NCBI GenBank assembly: GCA_002699165.1
Contig: PABO01000008.1
Location: forward strand, 12,044-68,389
Length of the DNA: 56,346 bases
DNA from: Chloroflexota bacterium
Lineage (GTDB): Bacteria > Chloroflexota > Dehalococcoidia > Lucifugimonadales > Lucifugimonadaceae
Direction: 5' to 3'
The position numbers were made by a program, and so were the translations under genes. Each line of letters starts with the position of its first letter. The first letter of the stretch is position 1. Shown here piece after piece: positions 35,644-45,240 of this stretch. Under the pieces are notes generated by a model. The model ran no database searches and was not told where the DNA came from. It was given only the letters and a program-made list of their open reading frames with translations.

Positions 35644-37965
35644 TCAATGATCATCTCCATGGTCATCTCCATGGTCATCTCCATGACTTTCTCTGAAATT
35701 TATTGATTCTTGATATTTATGATGATTTTCTTCCTCTGCTTCGTGAGCTGTTTGTCCAGGTTTTACTACAAGAACAGGTATTCCAGGCTCAACAGGGAAT
35801 GCTGTAACATCTCCTTCAAATTTCGGCATTTTTTCATTTCCACCAGCTCTTTTCAATGAAACTTTTGTTGATGCCCATGCAAATGAACCAGATTCTTCAT
35901 CAGATAGTCCTGATAAAATTTTAAGGACATTTGAACCTCTTTTTTCAGAATATCTTCCACCTTTTTCCGTTCCTTGTCCAGTTGGGACACAAAGCGTGCC
36001 AGGTTGAACAGCAGGATGAGGATATGCAAGACATTTTATTTCTCCTGAATCAGATTTCAAGTAAATAATATCACCTTCTTTGATATCCATTTCTTCAGCT
36101 TGATGGCTATTTATTTCTACCCATGTTTGCCACGCTGCAGTTGTTATGCCCTCATAAGCTTCTTGAGCTAATGGTACATTGGCATATTTCCCATCACCTA
36201 AGTTATTTGTAAAAGGGATAAGAAAAAACTCATCACCATAATTAGCATCTGTTTCTGAAAAGAGATTTTTTCCTTCAAAATCAAAAGGGTTTTTTAGTCT
36301 TATTTTTTTTTGGTCTGCAGTTACTGCTTTATTCCAGTATCCGCCTCTTTGTTGTACTCCATTCATGAAAGAGTTTTTGTCAGTTGCAATTACTGACCCT
36401 GAACTATTTGATTCATTAAATTCATTATCAAAAACCTTTTTGACTAAAGATTTATTGGATCCGCTTATAGAGGGTTCTAAATCAAGCAATGTATCAACAT
36501 AACTTATTGCTCCCGAAGCACCAGGCCCTTCTTTAACAACAACTGGCTGTTGTAGGGAAACGGTTAGATATCCAGGAAGTGGATTTGGAATTTCAGAGCC
36601 CCACTCCTCAAAAAAAGTAGTATCAGGAATTACAATATCAGATGCATTTAATGTTTCATTCATCATGCTTCCAAATGAAATAACATTCTCTACATTTTTT
36701 AGCGCACCTAGCACATCTAGAGAATTAGGCATTGAATATGCGAGATCTACACCTTTTATGATTACTGTATCAACATATCCTGCTCTCCATTGAGCAATCT
36801 CATCTTGCCAATCCTTTAAGTTATTAGACTGATTTGATCCTCCAATAAATTCTTTTTCTACTTCAGGGTTAAGTATTACTCCACCCGTCTTTCCAATAGA
36901 CCCGAGAAGTATATTTAATGCGAAAACTACATAAGTATTGAATTTTCCATTAGTATAGGCAGAAGTAGAACCTCCTGCTAAAACTATACTTTTACCTTTA
37001 GAAATTTTATGTGCTATTTCTATGATTTTGTCTTTAGATACACCTGTTCTTTTTTCAACATCTTCGGGATTATATCCAAATTCAACTTTACCATTTGGAA
37101 ATTTATTAATGAATTCATCGATCTGAGTCTCTGGAACCAATTTTTCTTTAATTATTACATTTGCTATTGATAAAGCTATATCTGATTCTGTTCCAGGATA
37201 TGGGGATAACCATAAGTCAGCATTCGCAGATGTTAGTGAAAATCTTGGTTCTACATGTCCGATGAAGCCTCTGTTTCCAGATCTTAATTCTCCAAACGCA
37301 GTCCCATATTGTGCAGGTGAAACCCAGTTTTCTATCCAGTCGGCTCCAAAAGATAGCACGTTATCTGCATTAGCTATATCAAAATGAGGGATTTCATTAG
37401 TTTCAAAAAGTTCAAATAAAGCCTCATGAAGGTTTGTTTGATCTAAGGCTTCATATGTGAGGTATCTTCCTCCTCTACTCTCAGCAAACTTTTGAGATAT
37501 CCAACCTTCTGAGCTTCTTGTAGGATTAGAAACTACAACTATTTTCTTACCTTTTGCAGTAGCTTCTATTAAGTATTTGTTCATTTCATCAGCTGAAGTC
37601 TTTGCTAGTATTCCATCTTTAGATCTTCTCAATCTTGGTTCATGTAATCTATCAGGATTATAATGAAGCTGAAGAGCAAAATCTAAATTAGATCGTGCGC
37701 CACCCCTATTTACAGGATGATCAGGATTCCCTTTTAGCTTCTTAATTCTTCCTTCAAGAATTCTAACTAGAACTCCATCTCCAGAAGCACCCTCTGACCA
37801 TGAGGTAGCATACCATGAATCTATTCCTCTAACTAGGTCTTCAGGCATATCAACGGGACTTTGTACAATTAGCTCTTTTTCAGGAATTGAACACGCAGCA
37901 AATATAACAGCTCCAGCTGCAGATTTTCCACTTAGTGATAAAAATTCTCTCCTGTTAATTTTCAT
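35644..37965 (-). CDS. actB1: alternative complex III molybdopterin-oxidoreductase-like subunit ActB1 (Tat signal, lipobox, no FS0 cysteines)
   Basis: MKINRREFLSL twin-Arg signal followed by IFAAC. Complex-iron-sulfur-molybdoenzyme fold length (773 aa) without the N-terminal CxxCxxxC cluster, as expected for ActB1. Confidence 0.85.
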   Translation of the reverse strand: MKINRREFLSLSGKSAAGAVIFAACSIPEKELIVQSPVDMPEDLVRGIDSWYATSWSEGASGDGVLVRILEGRIKKLKGNPDHPVNRGGARSNLDFALQLHYNPDRLHEPRLRRSKDGILAKTSADEMNKYLIEATAKGKKIVVVSNPTRSSEGWISQKFAESRGGRYLTYEALDQTNLHEALFELFETNEIPHFDIANADNVLSFGADWIENWVSPAQYGTAFGELRSGNRGFIGHVEPRFSLTSANADLWLSPYPGTESDIALSIANVIIKEKLVPETQIDEFINKFPNGKVEFGYNPEDVEKRTGVSKDKIIEIAHKISKGKSIVLAGGSTSAYTNGKFNTYVVFALNILLGSIGKTGGVILNPEVEKEFIGGSNQSNNLKDWQDEIAQWRAGYVDTVIIKGVDLAYSMPNSLDVLGALKNVENVISFGSMMNETLNASDIVIPDTTFFEEWGSEIPNPLPGYLTVSLQQPVVVKEGPGASGAISYVDTLLDLEPSISGSNKSLVKKVFDNEFNESNSSGSVIATDKNSFMNGVQQRGGYWNKAVTADQKKIRLKNPFDFEGKNLFSETDANYGDEFFLIPFTNNLGDGKYANVPLAQEAYEGITTAAWQTWVEINSHQAEEMDIKEGDIIYLKSDSGEIKCLAYPHPAVQPGTLCVPTGQGTEKGGRYSEKRGSNVLKILSGLSDEESGSFAWASTKVSLKRAGGNEKMPKFEGDVTAFPVEPGIPVLVVKPGQTAHEAEEENHHKYQESINFRESHGDDHGDDHGDDH
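35647..35685 (-). repeat. 12-bp coding tandem repeat giving the C-terminal H(GDDH)3 tail of ActB1
   Basis: atgatcatctcc / atggtcatctcc / atggtcatctcc / atg on the plus strand, read directly. Confidence 0.9.
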
Positions 37966-37995
37966 GATTTCCTCAAAATATTTCTCTTCTTAATA

Positions 37996-38679
37996 CTAAT
38001 GATGACAAGCAGCACAATCAGTAGGTCCTCCATTTTTTCTATGGCAATTAACACATTGCCCCATTTTTAAAGGTTCTACTTGATAAACTTTCTCCATACT
38101 TGCCACATCTCCGTGACAGGTTGAACATACTTGTGATGCAGGTACAGTTTCTTTCCCTTCTAAATCAAGCCTTTCAGGGACATTTCCGATCGCTGAGGGA
38201 TGATTTGTTAAATAATCTATGTGAGCTGAGTGTACAAATCGTACATGATCGGGGAGCCTATGAACTCTTCTCCAGTTAATTGGTGACGCCATTTCAGAAT
38301 CTACAATAACCTGCTTATCTTCAGCATTTTCAAAAATACCGGAAGCTTCTCTCAATTTTATTAGATCTTCACTATCATAACTTCCCACAGCTCTGTGACA
38401 GCTAGCACATAATTCTACTGCTGGAACATGAGCAGAAGAAGCTTTTGCAACTGTTCTATGGCAATATGTACAATCCATTCCAATTCCGCCTTCAGATACT
38501 GGAGCAGCATGTTTGGTATGAGGGAAATTAATAGGTTGATCAAAAGTTTGCTCAAATCCAAGTACAGGCAACGGTTGCCCTAACCAAGCATTAAACAAGC
38601 CCGCTAATAATATAGAAAAAATAGCAAGAGTCGTTAATCCACCTAATCCAACTAGCGGAACAAGAACCTTAACCCACAA
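37996..38679 (-). CDS. actA: alternative complex III pentaheme cytochrome c subunit ActA (N-terminal TM anchor)
   Basis: Five CxxCH motifs: CTYCH, CASCH, CSTCH, CVNCH, CAACH. TTG start from the track has no obvious SD, so the start is uncertain. Confidence 0.83.
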   Translation of the reverse strand: MWVKVLVPLVGLGGLTTLAIFSILLAGLFNAWLGQPLPVLGFEQTFDQPINFPHTKHAAPVSEGGIGMDCTYCHRTVAKASSAHVPAVELCASCHRAVGSYDSEDLIKLREASGIFENAEDKQVIVDSEMASPINWRRVHRLPDHVRFVHSAHIDYLTNHPSAIGNVPERLDLEGKETVPASQVCSTCHGDVASMEKVYQVEPLKMGQCVNCHRKNGGPTDCAACHH

Positions 38680-38745
38680 AGGAGTTGTTCTATCTAATTC
38701 TTTTATTTTATTTATTATTTTTTTAATTATTTTTAATCTCCAATA

Positions 38746-39039
38746 TTATTGCCAAAATCTTGGATAAATTCTTTCTAACACAGGATATATATTGAAAAAA
38801 GCTAATAGAAAGAAAGTAATTATTGACGATAGTCCCAAAAATCCAATAACGTATAGAATTGGTCTAAGTTTATTGAATTTATCGCTTATAGTTTTTGAAT
38901 CAACAGCAGATGGAATAATTGCATGAGCTACTAGAAGTATAGGTCCTGTGATAATAGCAGATGCTAAAGCTAACGTTAAAAACGTTATTGATCTAGCTAT
39001 TTCGCTCCACTCTCCAGCTGTGGGTGCAAAAGGATCCAA
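38746..39039 (-). CDS. small two-TM membrane protein heading the ACIII operon
   Basis: 97 aa. TTG start preceded by a perfect AGGAGG 9 nt upstream. Two clear hydrophobic helices. No family recognised. Confidence 0.5.
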   Translation of the reverse strand: MDPFAPTAGEWSEIARSITFLTLALASAIITGPILLVAHAIIPSAVDSKTISDKFNKLRPILYVIGFLGLSSIITFFLLAFFNIYPVLERIYPRFWQ

Positions 39040-39199
39040 AGTAATAGCCCTCCTGATGTTTTTTTTCGAATTACATTAATCTTAGATCATTCTACTATTT
39101 TTTTCTTTAAAAGGGACCTTATTTTTATGCAAATATTTTAATTTAATTGCAATATTCTTTTAAAGGTTTTTTATTTTATATATTTTTGAAAGGGACAAT

Positions 39200-40195
39200 T
39201 TGATAACTAAGGATAAATTAATATGGATTTATGAGACTATGTGCAGGATAAGGTTTTTCGAAGAATCTATGCTTGAGCAAACTTATAAAGGAAATTCTAT
39301 GGGAGTTACTCATCCCTCTGATGGGCAAGAAGCCGTTCCAACAGGAATCTGTGCGCACTTAACTGAAAAAGACTGGATTGGATCAACTCATAGAGGACAC
39401 GGACATTGTATTGCAAAAGGTTTAGAAACTGACAAAATGATGGCTGAGATTATGGGGAAATATACGGGAAACTGCAAAGGAAAGGGTGGATCAATGCATA
39501 TTGCAGACTTCTCTAAAGGAATGCTAGGAGCAAATGCAATAGTTGGTGCTTCAATTCCTTTGGCTGTTGGTGCTGCTTTAACTGCTAAATATCAAAAAAA
39601 AGAAAAAGATTCTATTGGTGTTGCATTTTTTGGAGATGGAGCCTCCTCGCAAGGAGTATTACATGAGTCGATGAATTTAGCATCTATTTGGAAATTACCA
39701 GTTATTTTTGCATGCGAAAATAATCAATATGCTGAAGCTACTCCTTCTTGGTACGCAGTCTCGGTAGAAGATATAGCTGATAGAGCTGCATCCTACAATA
39801 TTCCAGGAGTTATAGTGGATGGGATGGATGTTTTTCAAGTTTATGAAGCTGCTGAAGAAGCAGTATTACGAGCCAGAAAAGGTTTAGGTCCAACATTATT
39901 AGAGCTTAAGACTTACAGATATCATGGCCATTTTCATGCAGATCAACCAGAAAAATATAGAACTAGCGAAGAAGAAAAAATTTGGAAGAATAGAGATTGT
40001 ATTAAGACTTTTGAAAAAAAAGTTCTTGATCAAAAATTAATGACCAAGAAAAAATTAGACTCGATTAAAAAAAATATTGAAAAAGAAATAGAAGCAGCTG
40101 TTGAATTTGGGTTGTCTAGTCCCTTGCCTCCAACAGAGACTCTCTATGAGGACGTTTATGTAAATTATTCAAATGATCTAAAAGGTTTAAGATAA
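39200..40195 (+). CDS. thiamine-diphosphate-dependent 2-oxoacid (pyruvate/acetoin) dehydrogenase E1 alpha subunit
   Basis: GDGASSQGVLHESMNLASIWKLPVIFACENNQYA TPP-binding motif; YRYHGHF. Confidence 0.85.
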   Translation: MITKDKLIWIYETMCRIRFFEESMLEQTYKGNSMGVTHPSDGQEAVPTGICAHLTEKDWIGSTHRGHGHCIAKGLETDKMMAEIMGKYTGNCKGKGGSMHIADFSKGMLGANAIVGASIPLAVGAALTAKYQKKEKDSIGVAFFGDGASSQGVLHESMNLASIWKLPVIFACENNQYAEATPSWYAVSVEDIADRAASYNIPGVIVDGMDVFQVYEAAEEAVLRARKGLGPTLLELKTYRYHGHFHADQPEKYRTSEEEKIWKNRDCIKTFEKKVLDQKLMTKKKLDSIKKNIEKEIEAAVEFGLSSPLPPTETLYEDVYVNYSNDLKGLR

Positions 40196-40210
40196 AATTT
40201 AAAGGAAAAG

Positions 40211-41272
40211 ATGACTATAGAAAACAAAAATAGCCTAGGTCCAGGTTTTGAAGTAAAAGGATCACAAATGAGATACAGAGATGCTTTTAACAATACACTA
40301 AGGGCAGAACTAGAGCATGATGAAAATGTATTGATAATTGGAGAAGACATTTCAGGTGGGTTCGACAAAAAGACAAAAGAACCTTTAGATGCTTGGGGAG
40401 GTCCTTTTGCAGCTACTAAAGGTCTTGTACAAGATTTTGGAGTAGAGAGAATAATGGATGCACCAATTTCAGAAGCCGGATTTGTTGGCGCGGCTATTGG
40501 AGCTGCATTGACAGGTTTGAGGCCTGTAGTAGATTTAATGTACTTTGATTTTACTACAGTAGCATTTGATCAATTATTATCTAACGCTGCGAAAAGCCGA
40601 TACATGTTTGGAGGTCAAACGAAAGTCCCTCTTACTCTTTTTGCTAGATCTGGTGGTGGAACTGGTCATGCAGCGCAACATTCAAGTGCTTTTTATTCAA
40701 TTCTAGCCCATATCCCAGGCTTAAAAGTAGTTACTCCTTCTGATGCTTATTCCGTAAAAGGTTTACTTTCAGCTGCGATTAGGGATGATGATCCTGTATT
40801 TGTGGTAAATGATAAAAAATTAATTAATATGACAGGATTTGTACCCGATGAAGAATATCAGATTGAGCTTGGTAAAGGCAGATGTTTGAAAGAAGGAAAT
40901 GATATCACATTAGTTGGGATGAGTTATACATCAGTCGTTTGTAAGGAAGCTTCAGAAAAATTAGAAAAAATAGGAATAAGTGCAGAGGTCATTGATCTCA
41001 TGTCTTTATCTCCACTAGATGAAGATATAGTTATTAATTCAGTGAAGAAGACTAATAGAATTGTCATTGTTGATGAAGATAATCCCAAAGCAAGTATAGC
41101 CAGTGAAATTGCTGCCATAGTTTCTGATAAGGCCTTTGATTTTCTTGATGCACCGGTAAAAAGGGTTACTGCTCCTCATACTCCAGTACCTTACAGCAAA
41201 GGTTTAGAAGAAGAGTTTATGCCTGATAGTGACGATGTCTTTGAAACGGTCAAGAAACTTTTAGATATTTGA
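40211..41272 (+). CDS. 2-oxoacid dehydrogenase E1 beta subunit
   Basis: IIGEDI, RIMDAPISEAGFVGAAIGAALTGLRPV, and a transketolase C-terminal-like domain. An alternative ATG at 40268 also has an AAGGA SD. Confidence 0.87.
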   Translation: MTIENKNSLGPGFEVKGSQMRYRDAFNNTLRAELEHDENVLIIGEDISGGFDKKTKEPLDAWGGPFAATKGLVQDFGVERIMDAPISEAGFVGAAIGAALTGLRPVVDLMYFDFTTVAFDQLLSNAAKSRYMFGGQTKVPLTLFARSGGGTGHAAQHSSAFYSILAHIPGLKVVTPSDAYSVKGLLSAAIRDDDPVFVVNDKKLINMTGFVPDEEYQIELGKGRCLKEGNDITLVGMSYTSVVCKEASEKLEKIGISAEVIDLMSLSPLDEDIVINSVKKTNRIVIVDEDNPKASIASEIAAIVSDKAFDFLDAPVKRVTAPHTPVPYSKGLEEEFMPDSDDVFETVKKLLDI

Positions 41273-41611
41273 TTTTTTGATTTCTTCCACAAGTTCTTTT
41301 TTGTTCACGCAAATTACTGCATCATCATTTATCGCATACGACAGCAAGCTATTATACGGATAAATTCCGCTTTCATGTCCGTCAGACCATAATGGTTGAA
41401 TAGCATATTTTCCTACTATAAGAAAATCAACTACAATTATATCTTCAGAAACCTCCGCTACTTTTAATAATTTTCTACCTGTTAGCTCTTCCACGCAATT
41501 GGCACATGCACACTGAAGTCGGAGATATTTATAAGGATAGAGGCAAGAGATATCCTTTTGCCAAATAATTTCTAAGCCATCACTTAATCTATTTACAGCT
41601 TTTGGTTCCAT
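41261..41611 (-). CDS. DUF971 (gamma-butyrobetaine hydroxylase N-terminal-like) zinc-binding protein
   Basis: LRLQCACANC...VGKYAIQPLWSDGHESGIYPYNSL matches the DUF971 pattern. Confidence 0.68.
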   Translation of the reverse strand: MEPKAVNRLSDGLEIIWQKDISCLYPYKYLRLQCACANCVEELTGRKLLKVAEVSEDIIVVDFLIVGKYAIQPLWSDGHESGIYPYNSLLSYAINDDAVICVNKKELVEEIKKSNI

Positions 41612-41710
41612 AAAATAATATGATTCTAATATGATTTTCTAACATTAGAAATAATGTTACTGAAATTCTTAGAAAAATTTATAGATAAATGAATACTTAT
41701 AGGTGAAAAA

Positions 41711-42772
41711 ATGAGAGATATTATAAAGGTTGGAATTGTAGGAGCTGGGGGAAATACTGTATTAAAACATATTCCTCTTCTTCAAAAAATTGATGGAGTT
41801 GAAATAGTTTCAGTTGCAAATAGGTCTATTAAGTCATCTAGTGCTGTTGCTTCTCAATTTGAAATAAAAAATTACTACGATAATTGGCATGAGGTAGTTT
41901 ATGATAATGGATTAGATGCAGTGGTAATTGGTACATGGCCATATATGCATAAAAAACTCACATTAGAATCCTTGCAATCAGGAAAACATGTTTTATGTGA
42001 AGCTAGAATGTGTATGAATGCTGAGGAAGCAATGGAGATGTATGATTGTGCTCAAAACTATCCAAATTTAGTTTCTCAAATTGTACCTGCTCCCCATACT
42101 TTACCAATTGATAAAACAATCATAAGACTAATATCTTCAGGTTTTATAGGAGATTTGATAAATCTAAGAGGAATGGTAACAGCCGGGAATGATTTTCCTA
42201 AAGATCAACAAGAGTTTCATTGGAGAAATAATAGAGATTTGTCAGGAAATAACATCATGCAAATGGGTATTTGGTATGAAGCAATAATGAGATGGCTAGG
42301 CCCAGCGAAATCTGTTAGTGCGAATGCCCAAACTATAATGAATCCAAGAATAGATTATGATGGTAACTATGCCTACACAGATATCCCTGATCATCTTGAT
42401 TTATTATGTGAAATGGTCAGTGGAGGTACTGCTAATCTGCAATTCACAATGGTTTCTGGTATGGCACCTGAATCTGAAATGTGGATTCATGGAACTAAAG
42501 GTACAATAGTAGTAAAAACTGAGACTACTGATGATCCTGGTGCACCTGCATTGAAGTTATATGGAGCAGAAAAAGGTCAGAAAAGGCTGGAAGAAATAAA
42601 AGTTCCTGATGAAGAAAAAGGATCATGGCGAGTAGAAGAAGAATTTATAAATGCAATTCGCGGCGAAGAAATTATTACTCATACTAACTTTACAGATGGA
42701 GTAAAGTATATGAAATTTACAGATGCAATTTTTGATTCATATTCAACAGGGCAAAAAATTTATCTTACATAA
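41711..42772 (+). CDS. Gfo/Idh/MocA-family NAD(P)-dependent oxidoreductase
   Basis: IKVGIVGAGGNTVLKHIP Rossmann start; HVLCEARM (EKP-like motif region). Confidence 0.8.
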   Translation: MRDIIKVGIVGAGGNTVLKHIPLLQKIDGVEIVSVANRSIKSSSAVASQFEIKNYYDNWHEVVYDNGLDAVVIGTWPYMHKKLTLESLQSGKHVLCEARMCMNAEEAMEMYDCAQNYPNLVSQIVPAPHTLPIDKTIIRLISSGFIGDLINLRGMVTAGNDFPKDQQEFHWRNNRDLSGNNIMQMGIWYEAIMRWLGPAKSVSANAQTIMNPRIDYDGNYAYTDIPDHLDLLCEMVSGGTANLQFTMVSGMAPESEMWIHGTKGTIVVKTETTDDPGAPALKLYGAEKGQKRLEEIKVPDEEKGSWRVEEEFINAIRGEEIITHTNFTDGVKYMKFTDAIFDSYSTGQKIYLT

Positions 42773-42773
42773 T

Positions 42774-43538
42774 ATGAAAAGAGTAGATTTAAATGCAGAT
42801 ATTGGAGAATCTTTTGGATCATATAAGCTTGGTTATGATGAAGAAATTGTAAAATATATTTCATCAGCAAATATAGCTATGGGCTTTCATGCTGGAGATC
42901 ACAATTGGATCAAAAAAACTGTAGATTTATCTCTAGAACATAAAGTTTCAATAGGTGCTCATCCTTCATATCCTGATCTTGCAGGATTTGGAAGAAGAGA
43001 AATGTCTATGACTTATGAAGAAATTGAAAATTTGATTAAATACCAAGTCGGCGCTTTGATTGGATTTGTTGGTTTAGAAAATATTTCACATGTAAAACCA
43101 CATGGAGCTCTATACAATAAAGCAGTAAAGGATGAAATTACTGCTAAAGCTATAATTAGTTCTATAAAATCTATTAGTAAAAATCTTATTCATGTTGTCC
43201 TTGCAGGTTCTTTATGGGAGCAAATCGCCTTGGATTCAGGTGTAAAAATTTCCAGAGAAACATATGCTGATAGAGAAATTATGTCTGATGGATCTCTTTG
43301 TCCTAGATCTGTGAAAGGATCAGTGATTGAGGATCCACAAAGAATAGTTAAAAGGACTCTTCAAATGGTAAAAAATAATGAAGTTGAAACTTTCGATGGA
43401 AAAAAGATTGAAATTGATTTTGATTCAATATGTCTGCATGGAGATACTAAAGGTTCAGTTCAAATAGCTAAAAGTATAAAAAAATCATTTGAAGAAAATA
43501 ATATAATTATTTCCTCAATGTCTGATGTCATTCTATGA
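42774..43538 (+). CDS. pxpA: LamB/YcsF-family protein (5-oxoprolinase subunit A homologue)
   Basis: MKRVDLNADIGESFG..., HAGD, VKPHGALYN. ATG at 42774, 1 nt after the upstream stop. The track start at 42723 overlaps the upstream gene. Confidence 0.85.
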   Translation: MKRVDLNADIGESFGSYKLGYDEEIVKYISSANIAMGFHAGDHNWIKKTVDLSLEHKVSIGAHPSYPDLAGFGRREMSMTYEEIENLIKYQVGALIGFVGLENISHVKPHGALYNKAVKDEITAKAIISSIKSISKNLIHVVLAGSLWEQIALDSGVKISRETYADREIMSDGSLCPRSVKGSVIEDPQRIVKRTLQMVKNNEVETFDGKKIEIDFDSICLHGDTKGSVQIAKSIKKSFEENNIIISSMSDVIL

Positions 43539-44203
43539 AAAAAAAATTTCTTTTAAGTTTTCATGGTGACTCTACTTTAGTAATAAAATTTGGTGAACTA
43601 ATTGATAATGATACCAATCAATTAGTTCATAGTTTAATTGATAAGTTAGAAGGAGATTTTATATCTAAAAGTTATATTTTAGATATTTATCCTACATTTA
43701 ATAATATTGTTATTAATTATGATAATTTACTGATTGATTTTGAAGCTTTGCGCATAGAAATAAATAAAAAAATATTACTTTATTTAGAAGATTATAAACC
43801 TGATTTACAACGAAATAATATAATTGAAATTCCTGTGAAATATGGAGGCGAATATGGTCCAGATTTAATTGATATGTCTAAAGAACTGAAAATTTCTGAG
43901 GATAAAATAATTGATATTCATACTGAGAGTTTATATAGGATTTTTATGATAGGTTTTATGCCTGGCTTCCCCTATTTAGGAGGATTAGATGAAAAAATAT
44001 CTTTTCCAAGACTTTCTACTCACAGAATTTCTGTTCCTGAAGGATCAGTTGGTATTGCAGGAATGCAAACAGGAATATATCCATTTGCATCACCAGGAGG
44101 ATGGAATATTATTGGAAGAACAGAAAAAATCTTATTTGATCCAAAGGAAAATCCTCCAGCTTTATTAAGAAGTGGATCTAGTCTAAGGTTTATAAGTATA
44201 TGA
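43535..44203 (+). CDS. pxpB: KipI/AHS1 (CT_C_D)-family protein (5-oxoprolinase subunit B homologue)
   Basis: IEIPVKYGGEYGPDL, MIGFMPGFPYLGGLD, VGIAGMQTGIYP. ATGA overlap with pxpA. Confidence 0.8.
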   Translation: MKKKFLLSFHGDSTLVIKFGELIDNDTNQLVHSLIDKLEGDFISKSYILDIYPTFNNIVINYDNLLIDFEALRIEINKKILLYLEDYKPDLQRNNIIEIPVKYGGEYGPDLIDMSKELKISEDKIIDIHTESLYRIFMIGFMPGFPYLGGLDEKISFPRLSTHRISVPEGSVGIAGMQTGIYPFASPGGWNIIGRTEKILFDPKENPPALLRSGSSLRFISI

Positions 44204-45240
44204 TTAAGGTTATAAATTCTGGATTGCTATCGAGCTTTCAAGATAAAGGGAGATATGGTTATAAAAAATTTGGAGTTTCTAGATCAGGTTCTTTAGATTT
44301 TTTTTCCTTTGATTTAGCTAATAAATTGACAGGTAATTATTTCAATGAGCCCTGCTTAGAAATAATTGGAGGCTTCTCATGTTTGTTCTTAGAAAATACT
44401 ATAATTTCAATAACAGGCCCTTTAGATTTTTTTTCTGTAAATGAAAATTTTATTTATAGAACTAATTCTTCAATAAGATTAAATGCTGGAGATAAGCTGG
44501 ATATACCTAATAGCCAAAAAGGTAATATATTTTATTTATCTGTTGCAGGTGGTTTTAGAATACAAGAAGTTTTAGGATCTTACTCTTATCATCAACCTTC
44601 AAATATAACTAATTCATTGAAAGTATCTAATGGAGATATGATTAAATTAAAAATTAATAACCAAAATAATTTATTCATTTCTCAAGATGATTTTTTTGAA
44701 AAAAATATATTTAATGAGCAAAGTATTAACATAATTTATGATCAAGAATCTAAGTCAGAGAATATTAAAAGTTTTTTTGAAGATAAAGAATTTATAATTT
44801 CAGATCAATTTAGCCGTCAGGGAATTAGACTAATTGGAGAACAGGCTAATTTTTTTAAGGATCAAGATGAAATTTCTTCAGAGGTTTCTGCTGGAACTAT
44901 TCAGCTTCCTCCTGATGGTAATCCAATTATTTTATTGAATGATTCTCAAACGACTGGAGGGTATAAGAAAATTGGAGCTATCCCTAAATTTGAATTATCT
45001 AAGCTTTGTCAAAAAAAAATTTCTTCTAAGGTTAAATTTTCTGAAATTTCGTTGAGTGATTCTATTTCTAAATTTCGTAAATTGAAATCAGAATTTGAGA
45101 ATATAAATATTCAAAATTATACAAATAAAGTACTTGAAATAAATGGTAGATTGATTTCCGTTCAAATTTTAGAAAATAATAGTATAATATCGATATCTGA
45201 TGGTGAGCAATTTGAAGTAATCGAGGATAGTTTTGAATAA
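44200..45240 (+). CDS. pxpC: KipA/AHS2 (CT_A_B)-family protein (5-oxoprolinase subunit C / biotin-dependent carboxyltransferase family)
   Basis: MIKVINSGLLSSFQDKGRYGYKKFGVSRSG, SRQGIRL, GTIQLPPDGNPIILLNDSQTTGGYKKIG. ATGA overlap with pxpB. Confidence 0.8.
   Translation: MIKVINSGLLSSFQDKGRYGYKKFGVSRSGSLDFFSFDLANKLTGNYFNEPCLEIIGGFSCLFLENTIISITGPLDFFSVNENFIYRTNSSIRLNAGDKLDIPNSQKGNIFYLSVAGGFRIQEVLGSYSYHQPSNITNSLKVSNGDMIKLKINNQNNLFISQDDFFEKNIFNEQSINIIYDQESKSENIKSFFEDKEFIISDQFSRQGIRLIGEQANFFKDQDEISSEVSAGTIQLPPDGNPIILLNDSQTTGGYKKIGAIPKFELSKLCQKKISSKVKFSEISLSDSISKFRKLKSEFENINIQNYTNKVLEINGRLISVQILENNSIISISDGEQFEVIEDSFE

Noticed and set aside
41640-41659. 7-bp inverted repeat TAACATT-agaaat-AATGTTA, plus direct repeats TAATATGATT x2 (41617-41637), in the divergent region before the pxp-oad operon as a regulator binding site.
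   Set aside because: Short and AT-rich, so the chance expectation is high, and no regulator gene is adjacent. Worth re-checking only if the operon proves interesting.
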